DNA of 15,683 nucleotides from an uncultured Nitrospinaceae bacterium (GCA_964005815.1 CAXFSR010000050.1:1-15683), one strand, 5' to 3'. Positions 8,051 to 15,683 are shown, numbered from the stretch's first letter. A program made the numbers and translations. Notes: generated by a model from the letters alone, not told the origin.

Positions 8051-9301
8051 ATGCGAATGCTTTTTAACAAGGATAGAGCACTACAGTTGATGAAAGAATT
8101 TGATATTGAAGCATTACTTGCGACTACAAGACATAACGTTCTTTATCTATCAGGATTTCAGGGATGGGCTCAATATACTTATGGAGATCCGATTACAGAA
8201 ACGTTTGCTCTGTTTTTTAGTAGGAATGAAGTTGCGCCTGCACTGATAGTCTCTAGACAAGATGAAACTTATTATTCATCTACAGGTTCCTGGATAGAAG
8301 ATGTGAGGGGATATGGTCCTCGCTCTGCTCTAAATATGGACCCCGAAGAACAAGGCGCAAACGAAGAAGAGAAGAATTATTTGAATCTTATTGCTGAAGA
8401 TGCTCCTAGGGAAGAAACTTCTGTGAAAGCACTGGCTAGAATTTTGAAAGAGAGAGGAATTCACAAAGGGAGAGTAGCAATTGATAATGAAGGAATTCGT
8501 CCTGCGTCTCGTTCTGCAATTGAGGAAATGTTCCCCGAGATTTCCTTCATTGATGGAGCAAATTTATTCCGTTTAATTCGTCTTCAAAAAACTCCAGAAG
8601 AAATAGAGAGAATTAGAGAAGCAGCCTCTTTAAATGAAAAAGCCTTGCAGGCATTTCATGCAGAACTCGCTGTAGGGAAAACTGAGCGTGAGATTGCGAG
8701 TCATTACTATAGAACTGTTGCTGCTGGAGGAGGAAAATGGAGTTGGTTCCACTTGGGAGGTGGAAGAAGATCTGCTTCCATTTTTCCACCATCAGATCGT
8801 GCTTTTGAAAAGGGAGATGGTTTCTTTTTTGATGCTGGAATGAGACTTAATCATTACTGTGCAGATGTTGGATGTTGCGGATCATTTGGAGAACCAGATG
8901 CATCCAGAAAAAATCAATGGAATGCAATTCAAGCTGGCCTGCAAGCTGCATTTGGCGTTATTCGTTCTGGAGTTAAACCTTCAGAGATTTTTCATGCCGC
9001 ATTAGACGCTGCTAAGAAGAATGGCCTTCCTAATTATAATGGTTCATTTTGTGGACATACGATGGGAATAGAAGCTCGTGAATTGCCATATACACTAAGT
9101 GACCCGATGCCATTAAATGATCCCTTTTTACCAGATAATTCAGATATTCCTTTTCCTGCTGGTTCAGTACTTTCTGTTGAGCTTCCTTCTGGTAAATTTG
9201 GAGAAGGTGGTGTACATGCTGAGTACACAGTTCTCGTTACAGAGAATGGAATGGAACATCTTGGAGAGTCCAAACGTGAACATTTTATTGTTGAAAAATA
9301 A
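8051..9301 (+). CDS. M24 (Xaa-Pro peptidase/creatinase-like) pita-bread fold hydrolase
   Basis: SD AGGAG. Creatinase_N-like start (HNVLYLSGF), RLQKTPEEIERIREA, TEREIA, and metal-ligand motifs DAG...YCAD, GHTMG, SVELP and GVHAEYTVLVTENG. Confidence 0.88.
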   Translation: MRMLFNKDRALQLMKEFDIEALLATTRHNVLYLSGFQGWAQYTYGDPITETFALFFSRNEVAPALIVSRQDETYYSSTGSWIEDVRGYGPRSALNMDPEEQGANEEEKNYLNLIAEDAPREETSVKALARILKERGIHKGRVAIDNEGIRPASRSAIEEMFPEISFIDGANLFRLIRLQKTPEEIERIREAASLNEKALQAFHAELAVGKTEREIASHYYRTVAAGGGKWSWFHLGGGRRSASIFPPSDRAFEKGDGFFFDAGMRLNHYCADVGCCGSFGEPDASRKNQWNAIQAGLQAAFGVIRSGVKPSEIFHAALDAAKKNGLPNYNGSFCGHTMGIEARELPYTLSDPMPLNDPFLPDNSDIPFPAGSVLSVELPSGKFGEGGVHAEYTVLVTENGMEHLGESKREHFIVEK

Positions 9302-9327
9302 TTTTAATAAATAAGTTAGGAAACTAA

Positions 9328-10998
9328 ATGGAAAAGAAGAATTTGTCATTTGCTTCAATTGCTGAATTGTTCCCACTGATTAAATCTCAGGAGTTAAAAC
9401 CTACGGAACTTCTTGAATCCTGTATTGAACAGATCGATGCTCAAGATTCTACAATAAATGCATTTGTTACTACGACTTTTGATCTTGCTAGGGAACAAGC
9501 GAGCATCTTAGAAGAAGAAGCACGAAAAGGAGATATTCGAGGTCCCCTACATGGAATTCCTATTGCAATAAAAGATCTTTTTGACTTAGACGGATTTCCT
9601 ATGACAGCAGGTAGTCAAATACTGTCGAAGAATATTGCTACGCAAACTGCTGTGTGTATACAAAGGTTAATCGATTCTGGAGCAGTAATTATTGGGAAGA
9701 CAAATTTACAAGAATTTGCTCGAGGGGGTACTGGTGCAAATTCATTTTTTGGTCCTTCTCTTAATCCATGGAATCTTTCAAGAACTCCTGGAGGAAGTAG
9801 CAGCGGTTCAGCTGCATCAGTCTCTTCTGGAATGGCAATTGCTGCCATTGGTTCTGATACAGGGGGTTCGGTCCGATTGCCAGCTTCATTTTGCAATCTA
9901 ACAGGTATTCGTTGTACCCACGGGAGAATAAGTAGATCTGGGGCTGTACCACTTGGAATGAGCTTTGATGATGTAGGTCCTATTTGTCGAACAGTTCAAG
10001 ATGCAGTTTTTCTCATACAGGCAATGGCGGGTCCTGATGAGAAAGATCCTACTACAGGGAAAATTCCTCCTCCGGATTTTTCTGGAAAACTAAATGACGG
10101 ATTGGAAGGTCTTGTATTAGGTGTTCCAAATAATCATTTTTGGCCTGGGATTGATATTGAATTAGAACAAGTTGTTCGTGATGCAATTTCTGTTTTCGAA
10201 GAATTGGGAGCACAAGTGAAAGAAGTAGAAATTCCTTGGGCAGAAAAAGGACAGATTGCATATGCAGCAGTAGTTGGACCAGAAAGTGCCGAATATCATA
10301 AAAAATACTTACTTGAAAATAGAGATGATTATGTTTCCCCCGGAGCCGATTTCTTTGAGGAGAGTTTATTTGTTCCAGGTTGGAGATATATTCAAGCTCA
10401 AAGAGCCAGGACATTTTTTATTGGCCAAGCTGCAAAGGTTTTTCAAGAAGTAGATGCTATTTTGACTCCTACTTGTCCTGTGGATCCTCCCACGATTGAA
10501 GATTGTCTTGACGGGATGAAAGTATGGGGAGAAATAAGTGGATGTACGGTGGCATTTAGCACTATTGGAAATCCTGTCTTACAAATTCCTTCTGGGTTCT
10601 CTAAAATAGGTCTCCCAGTTGGCCTTCAAATTGCGGGTAGATGGGGCGAAGAAGATAAAATACTTCAAATAGGCTCTGCGTTTGAAAAAATACATCCTTT
10701 TTGGAAAAAACGTCCTCCAGTTTTTGTTTCAGATCAGCATTCCGATTTTTCGTCTGAATACAGTCCTTCACTTGAGATTGGGGATAACCCTTTAGAACTA
10801 ACAACGGAAGATATTTTGAAAATGTCTAGTGCTATTGGTTACTCTGTAGATCCTGGGCGTTTAAAAAATTTAACTGGGGGTGTAAGTAGATTAATGAATT
10901 CTCTTTCTAAACTTGATTCACTAGAAATTGATAATTTCCAAAGAGCAGATACAATTAATCTGCTTCAAATTACTCTAGAAGAAATTCTCGAATCTTGA
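9328..10998 (+). CDS. Amidase signature (AS) family amidase with C-terminal extension
   Basis: GPLHGIPIAIKDL (catalytic Lys), GKTNLQEFA, TPGGSSSGSAA (cis-Ser), GSDTGGSVRLPA (nucleophile Ser) and GLPVGLQI. About 90 extra residues follow RPP. Confidence 0.93.
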   Translation: MEKKNLSFASIAELFPLIKSQELKPTELLESCIEQIDAQDSTINAFVTTTFDLAREQASILEEEARKGDIRGPLHGIPIAIKDLFDLDGFPMTAGSQILSKNIATQTAVCIQRLIDSGAVIIGKTNLQEFARGGTGANSFFGPSLNPWNLSRTPGGSSSGSAASVSSGMAIAAIGSDTGGSVRLPASFCNLTGIRCTHGRISRSGAVPLGMSFDDVGPICRTVQDAVFLIQAMAGPDEKDPTTGKIPPPDFSGKLNDGLEGLVLGVPNNHFWPGIDIELEQVVRDAISVFEELGAQVKEVEIPWAEKGQIAYAAVVGPESAEYHKKYLLENRDDYVSPGADFFEESLFVPGWRYIQAQRARTFFIGQAAKVFQEVDAILTPTCPVDPPTIEDCLDGMKVWGEISGCTVAFSTIGNPVLQIPSGFSKIGLPVGLQIAGRWGEEDKILQIGSAFEKIHPFWKKRPPVFVSDQHSDFSSEYSPSLEIGDNPLELTTEDILKMSSAIGYSVDPGRLKNLTGGVSRLMNSLSKLDSLEIDNFQRADTINLLQITLEEILES

Positions 10999-11051
10999 TA
11001 AAATTTGCATAAGATTCGCAGAGTATAGGATATAATTTAGGAATATATCTT

Positions 11052-11450
11052 ATGGATAAAGCAACAATCTCAGTAAAACAGGGTTCAGAACGAAGTTTTG
11101 GAATTATTTTTTCAATAGTTTTTCTTGTTTTTTCCTTCTATCCTAGTTTTTCTTATGAACAGGTACGTTTGTGGGCTCTTGTTGTTTCTGTATTGTTCTT
11201 TTTAATTTCTATTTTGCAACCTTCAATGTTAAAGAGTTTAAATTTTTTATGGTTTAAGTTTGGGATGTTGCTGGGAAGGATAATTTCACCCATTGTTATG
11301 GGATTGGTTTTTGTATTTGCTATTATACCTACGGGTATTTTTATACGTTTGATGGGAAAAGACCCACTACAGAGAAAGTTTCTAAAAAATAAAAATAGTT
11401 ACTGGATACCCCGTAAAACATCTCGTCAGTCAATGAAAAATCAGTTCTGA
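11052..11450 (+). CDS. SxtJ family membrane protein
   Basis: Characteristic SERSFG, PSMLKSLNFLWFKFGMLLGRIISPIVMG, PTGIFIRLMGKDPL, SYWIPR and terminal NQF, with 2-3 TM segments. It is adjacent to sxtK/sxtI-like genes. Confidence 0.88.
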   Translation: MDKATISVKQGSERSFGIIFSIVFLVFSFYPSFSYEQVRLWALVVSVLFFLISILQPSMLKSLNFLWFKFGMLLGRIISPIVMGLVFVFAIIPTGIFIRLMGKDPLQRKFLKNKNSYWIPRKTSRQSMKNQF

Positions 11451-11460
11451 AGGATTTTAA

Positions 11461-11613
11461 ATGTTATCAATAATTGCTGAGTTATGGTTGTTTTTAAAAG
11501 TCAGAAAGAAATTTTGGCTTTTACCCGTAATGCTTGTTCTTGGTGTTTTTGGTATTTTGATTGTTCTAAGTTCTGGTTCTGCCGTTGCCCCATTTATTTA
11601 TGCGCTTTTTTAG
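11461..11613 (+). CDS. SxtK-like / DUF5989 small single-TM protein (50 aa), absent from the ORF track
   Basis: Manual translation gives MLSIIAELWLFLKVRKKFWLLPVMLVLGVFGILIVLSSGSAVAPFIYALF*. SD AAGGA lies upstream, with family-typical RKKFWLLP and APFIYxLF. It fills the gap between the sxtJ-like gene and the carbamoyltransferase. Confidence 0.9.
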   Translation: MLSIIAELWLFLKVRKKFWLLPVMLVLGVFGILIVLSSGSAVAPFIYALF

Positions 11614-11618
11614 AAAAA

Positions 11619-13451
11619 ATGAATATCTTAGGTATTTCGGCTTTTTATCATGACAGCGCCGCTGCACTACTAATAGATGGAAGAATTGTTGCGGCTTGTC
11701 AGGAAGAGAGATTTAGCAGGCAAAAACACGATGCAGGGTTTCCAGAGAAAGCAATAGAAAATGTGCTTCTGCAATCCAATTTGAAAATGAACGAAATAGA
11801 TTATGTTGCTTTCTATGATAAACCATTCTTGAAATTTGACAGACTTCTAGAAACATATATCACTACATCGCCAAAAGGATTCGAATCTTTCCGAATGGCG
11901 ATACCAATTTGGCTTAGGGAAAAGCTATTTCTAAAAGATTTTCTTTTAAAACAATTTCGAAGGAAAAATAAGAAATTCCGTTCCGAACAACTCATGTTCT
12001 CAGAACATCATTTTAGTCATGCTGCTAGTGCGTTCTATCCTTCTTCATTTGAGGAGGCTGTAGTTTTAACACTTGATGGAGTTGGAGAATGGGCAACTAC
12101 AAGTGTTAGTATTGGAAAAGGTAATAATTTGAAAATTGAAAAGGAACTGCATTTTCCTCATTCCCTTGGACTGCTTTACTCTGCATTTACGTATTATATT
12201 GGGTTTAAAGTGAATAGTGGAGAATACAAACTCATGGGGTTAGCCCCTTACGGTGAACCTAAATATAAGGAACTAATTTTAGAGAATCTCATTGATCTTA
12301 AGGATGATGGCTCTTTTAGGTTAAATCAGTCTTTTTTCAATTATGCGACTGGTCTTACGATGACTAACAAGAAATTCGAAGAACTTTTCAATCATTCTCT
12401 TAGAAGTTCCGAGGATGAATTGCTTACTGAATTTCATATGGACATTGCTTCTTCAATTCAATCTGTGACTGAAGAAATTATTCTCTCTATGACAAGAAGT
12501 TTATTTCATGACTATCAGATTCCAAATCTCTGCTTAGCTGGAGGAGTAGCTTTGAATTGTGTCGCAAATGGAAAGGTTCTGAGAGATAATACGTTTGAAA
12601 ATATTTGGATTCAGCCTGCGGCAGGTGATGCTGGTGGAGCACTAGGTGCAGCTCTAGCTCTATGGCATGATGAATTTGGAAAACCCAGAGAAATTTGTTC
12701 TGATGATTCAATGAGTGGCGCCCTTCTTGGACCAAGTTTCTCTGATGAAGAAATAGAAAAAGAATTAGTTGAAGTAGGTGCCGTTTATGAAAAACATTCT
12801 CGAAAAGAAATGATTGAAATTACTGCAAAATGCTTGGCAGACTGTCATGCCATCGGTTGGTTTCAAGGGAGGATGGAATTTGGTCCACGTGCTCTAGGAA
12901 GCCGGTCTATACTAGGTAACCCACGCTCTGAAGATACTCAAAAAACTTTAAACCTAAAGGTTAAATATAGAGAGAGTTTTAGGCCTTTTGCCCCTTCTGT
13001 CCTCAGGGAAGATGTTTCCGACTGGTTTGAACTTCATGAAGATAGTCCTTATATGTTGCTTGTAGCGGATGTGAAAGAAGAGATTCGTACAGAGATGACT
13101 AAAGAAGAGAAAAATCTTTTTGGAATAGATAAGCTGAATATTAAACGATCTGAGATTCCTGCAGTCACTCACGTAGATTATTCTGCAAGGGTACAAACGG
13201 TCCATGAAAATACTAATAAAGACTATTATGATCTTATTGTAGAATTCAAGAACTTGACCGGTTGCTCAGTAATAGTAAATACATCTTTTAATGTGAGGGG
13301 GGAACCTATCGTCTGTACTCCAACGGATGCTTTTAATTGTTTTATGGGTACTGATTTAGATGTTTTGATAATTGGGAATTTTGTTTTGTACAAATCTAAA
13401 CAAGATCTGAGTTTAATTCGTGATTATAAGGACAAATTCGAACTTGATTGA
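11619..13451 (+). CDS. O-carbamoyltransferase, NodU/CmcH/TobZ family (SxtI-like)
   Basis: The true start is ATG at 11619 (MNILGISAFYHDSAAAL). Motifs EERFSRQKHD, EHHFSHAASAF (metal-binding HHxxH), DGVGE, GEYKLMGLAPYG, GGVALNCVAN, AAGDAGGALGAA, EFGPRALGSRSIL, KYRESFRPFAPS, HVDYSARVQTV and NTSFNVRGEPIV. Confidence 0.96.
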   Translation: MNILGISAFYHDSAAALLIDGRIVAACQEERFSRQKHDAGFPEKAIENVLLQSNLKMNEIDYVAFYDKPFLKFDRLLETYITTSPKGFESFRMAIPIWLREKLFLKDFLLKQFRRKNKKFRSEQLMFSEHHFSHAASAFYPSSFEEAVVLTLDGVGEWATTSVSIGKGNNLKIEKELHFPHSLGLLYSAFTYYIGFKVNSGEYKLMGLAPYGEPKYKELILENLIDLKDDGSFRLNQSFFNYATGLTMTNKKFEELFNHSLRSSEDELLTEFHMDIASSIQSVTEEIILSMTRSLFHDYQIPNLCLAGGVALNCVANGKVLRDNTFENIWIQPAAGDAGGALGAALALWHDEFGKPREICSDDSMSGALLGPSFSDEEIEKELVEVGAVYEKHSRKEMIEITAKCLADCHAIGWFQGRMEFGPRALGSRSILGNPRSEDTQKTLNLKVKYRESFRPFAPSVLREDVSDWFELHEDSPYMLLVADVKEEIRTEMTKEEKNLFGIDKLNIKRSEIPAVTHVDYSARVQTVHENTNKDYYDLIVEFKNLTGCSVIVNTSFNVRGEPIVCTPTDAFNCFMGTDLDVLIIGNFVLYKSKQDLSLIRDYKDKFELD

Positions 13452-13486
13452 AAATTTGATTTTGTTTTTTTAACTCTCCTTTCCTG

Positions 13487-13915
13487 TTAAAGTTTATTAG
13501 GTGGAAATAATTTCCACATTGTTATTGTCCATATCAGACATACACTATAAACGAATAAAAACAACTCCATCGGAAGATTCCAATATAGAATTTCTCTAAA
13601 CCAATAAGATACAAATGATTCAGAGTTGTAAATTCCGCGAAAACTGTTTTCTATCGATGTTAATGGACAAGTAATTCCCAAGACTGTTTCTGCAGTGACA
13701 ATCAAAATGGCGATAGTATGGATGGTTCTAATTTTAAAACTTTTGCACCAATTCCACTTCAATTTATATCCAACTGGGATTATAAAAAATCCAGAAGTGA
13801 TTAAGACCGCGATTAAAAAATGCAGTGTAAGAATAAAATCTGCTATCAACTTTATCGGCCTTTTTGTTAACAAAGAATATAAGAAAATATAGAATAATTT
13901 TTGTAGATATAACAC
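13487..13915 (-). CDS. DUF2784 family membrane protein (start uncertain; TTG at 13873 or later is possible)
   Basis: Motifs IADFILTLHF, RTIHTIAI, GITCPLTSIENSFR and SFVSYWFREILY, with about 3 TM segments. Confidence 0.8.
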   Translation of the reverse strand: MLYLQKLFYIFLYSLLTKRPIKLIADFILTLHFLIAVLITSGFFIIPVGYKLKWNWCKSFKIRTIHTIAILIVTAETVLGITCPLTSIENSFRGIYNSESFVSYWFREILYWNLPMELFLFVYSVCLIWTITMWKLFPPNKL

Positions 13916-14129
13916 AAAAATAAATGTAGAAATCTTCTTTTGTTTTTTATATTCAAATCCATTTGGATTAGGAGACTTTTGAGTAGTCTTCTTTCTAGAA
14001 TTTTATATCAAAATTTTGGTTTGCTAGATGTTTGTTCACATCTTCTTTAATAATTTTTATTGGAGGTTTTTTTGACACTTCCTCTAAGTCGGATGTAAAA
14101 ACAGTAATCAAAAAATCTAGAAGATATAA

Positions 14130-14179
14130 TAAGTGCTAAGGATTCCATTGCTAAAATGCAAAGGAAGTCTTAGCACTTA
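14130..14179 (-). terminator. Long stem-loop downstream of the TRAP permease, probable terminator
   Basis: TAAGTGCTAAG and CTTAGCACTTA form a perfect 11-bp outer stem, with inner TTCC/GGAA and TTGC/GCAA pairings. It lies 22 nt after the TRAP stop codon, followed by T-rich sequence on the minus strand. Confidence 0.7.
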
Positions 14180-14201
14180 AATAGATATTATCTCAAAAAA
14201 A

Positions 14202-15683
14202 CTAGGCTTGTTCACTCTGCTTTTTTCTTTCTGAGATTTGTCGAACTAACGGAATTCCTATCATAATCATTCCTAAAGTAAGCATTACAAAGCTTTGAAA
14301 GATAATGAATAGTATTAGAACTACAAATGCGACAGATAATAGTACTCTTTCGTAATATCTCAATCTTTCTAAAAGCCATCCTTGAGTAGCTGCTGAAAAC
14401 GCTATGAAAGCAATTAGTGTCATGACAGAAGAGAGAATAATTCTTCCAGGTGTACCGAAAGTTAAAAGAGCAGGTTCATACATGAAAAGGAAAGGTACCA
14501 CAAAACCAACAATCGCAAATCTAAGGGACATGATAGAAGTTTTAAAATAAGCAGCCCCTGCAAGTTTTGCACCTACCAATGATGCTATTGCAACAGGTGG
14601 TGTAATCGCAGACAGAATTGCAAAATAGAATATAAACATATGCGAAGCGACTCTATCTCCTTTGTTAGCTATGAATTCTTTTGCCCATTCAGCGCCGTAA
14701 ACACTCGTTAATTCTGGACCTACAAGCTTAATTAGTACAGGTCCACCTAGTATGGCTAGTAATACGTAGGCCGCGGTAGTAGGCATTCCCATTCCTAGCA
14801 CTGCGCAACAAATTGCGGTTAGGAGAAGACCTACGAAAAAGCCATCTAGTCCGAGATAATATGCGCATCCACCTCCTACAGCGGTACCAAAAAAGCATAT
14901 GTCATTAGCAAGAGCTTCTATAAGAAAAGCAAATTTATTTCCAATGCCCGTGATAGTAAGAACAGTTACTACGATATCTATTGTAGCGAGCGTAACTCCA
15001 AATTCAGCACCTTGTTTTCCGCCAACTTTAAGAGCTTCACGTATTCTAACTATCCATATACCTGCAGTATCAGAAGCCTGTACGTCAGGACCGCTTACAT
15101 TAAGTTTTTTTGCATTTTGCGAGTAAATGAAAGGATTTAGAAAAATTGCAACTACCTGTTTGATACTCGGGTGTTTACTATCGGTGTTATTTGATTGTTG
15201 TGCTGATGAGAGAATGATTTTTTGAATAATTGCGCCAATTCCAAAAAAGATAATGGAATGGTATATGAAGCCGAAAGGAATAAACCATTCCGAAAAATCT
15301 GAAAGAGCGGGCAAAACATAGTACAAGCCCTTTTGAAAGTAAAAAGTTCCACCCCAAATTAAAACAAATAGCCAAGGGATAATTGTAGTGGTATTGAATA
15401 AATTTCCGCGAATCATTGAAAGTAATGAGAGTAAAGCTAAAACGACAAACGCTCCTGCCACCCCAGATGTCCAACCAAAGGCCAACCAAAGACCCAGAGC
15501 AGCGACAGGATATATAACTGGCCAAGCCATTTGAATTTCATTCCAAAAGACTTTTCCAGAAGTATTAGTTCTAATCAATAAACTGGTGATGACGGTTCCA
15601 GTAATTCCTATGACGACAGTAGACTTGATTATAGACATAGTCTGAATTGTGTCTCTAATACCTAATGACCATCCAAACCATAC
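14202..15683 (-). CDS. TRAP transporter fused permease (4TM/12TM, TAXI-type), 5'-partial
   Basis: The frame is open to the window edge (VWFGWSLGIRDTIQTM...). Hallmarks TGIGNKF, LGMGMPTTAAYV, SHMFIFYFAILSAITPPVAIAS and FVVPFLFMYEPALL, with a C-terminal DUF3394-like hydrophobic tail. Confidence 0.9.
   Translation of the reverse strand, partial: VWFGWSLGIRDTIQTMSIIKSTVVIGITGTVITSLLIRTNTSGKVFWNEIQMAWPVIYPVAALGLWLAFGWTSGVAGAFVVLALLSLLSMIRGNLFNTTTIIPWLFVLIWGGTFYFQKGLYYVLPALSDFSEWFIPFGFIYHSIIFFGIGAIIQKIILSSAQQSNNTDSKHPSIKQVVAIFLNPFIYSQNAKKLNVSGPDVQASDTAGIWIVRIREALKVGGKQGAEFGVTLATIDIVVTVLTITGIGNKFAFLIEALANDICFFGTAVGGGCAYYLGLDGFFVGLLLTAICCAVLGMGMPTTAAYVLLAILGGPVLIKLVGPELTSVYGAEWAKEFIANKGDRVASHMFIFYFAILSAITPPVAIASLVGAKLAGAAYFKTSIMSLRFAIVGFVVPFLFMYEPALLTFGTPGRIILSSVMTLIAFIAFSAATQGWLLERLRYYERVLLSVAFVVLILFIIFQSFVMLTLGMIMIGIPLVRQISERKKQSEQA

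Noticed and set aside
9328..10998. gatA (Glu-tRNA amidotransferase A)
   Set aside because: No gatB is adjacent, GatA-specific motifs (e.g. EFAMGSS, RYDG, RRIxxG) are absent, and the context is catabolic.
11484..11618. Cys-rich N-terminal 45 aa of the 655-aa ORF in the track
   Set aside because: This is an off-frame read of the SxtK-like gene. Carbamoyltransferase homology starts at ATG 11619.
11052..13451. Saxitoxin biosynthesis cluster
   Set aside because: Only sxtI/J/K-like genes are present. There is no sxtA, sxtG, sxtB or other core gene in the window, and such homologs also occur in non-producers.
9328..13451. Metabolic link in which the amidase supplies carbamate to the carbamoyltransferase
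   Set aside because: NodU/TobZ enzymes use carbamoyl phosphate, no carbamate kinase is present, and adjacency alone is insufficient.
14072..14101. Plus-strand TTGACA possibly driving an antisense sRNA into the 14130-14179 hairpin
   Set aside because: The matching -10 (TAAAAA) lacks the conserved final T, and the hairpin is adequately explained as the TRAP gene terminator.
1950..15525. Numerous 60-143 aa antisense or alternate-frame ORFs in the track (e.g. 4896-5327, 10052-10414, 15187-15525)
   Set aside because: They lie wholly or mostly within well-supported genes and show no recognisable motifs, so they are treated as shadow ORFs.
1..15683. CRISPR arrays, tRNA/rRNA, IS elements, tandem repeats
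   Set aside because: No regularly spaced repeats, cloverleaf structures, transposase or integrase motifs were seen, and intergenic gaps are all under 300 nt.

Overview
AT-rich bacterial window, almost fully coding, with no rRNA, tRNA, CRISPR or mobile element recognisable. The + strand carries the 3' end of a carbohydrate-type ABC importer (binding protein, an intergenic hairpin, two permeases). Next come mostly catabolic-type enzymes: a CocE/NonD hydrolase, an NtaA/DszA-type flavin monooxygenase, an SDR, an M24 pita-bread hydrolase and an amidase-signature enzyme with a GatC/AtzG-like C-terminal extension. An AT-rich, membrane-anchored SGNH gene sits among them. These are followed by an sxtJ-like / sxtK-like (DUF5989; 50 aa, missed by the ORF track) / sxtI-like O-carbamoyltransferase cassette. 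The - strand carries a DUF2784 membrane protein and a partial fused TRAP (4TM/12TM) permease. The most interesting observation is that the 50-aa SxtK-like peptide is a single-TM protein ending in FIYALF, the same architecture and C-terminal FIYxxF tyrosine motif as the DltX-type acyl shuttle. This suggests a Dlt-like trans-membrane carbamoylation relay (carbamoyltransferase, SxtJ, SxtK, SGNH) rather than saxitoxin synthesis. All family calls come from motif recognition, not database searches.
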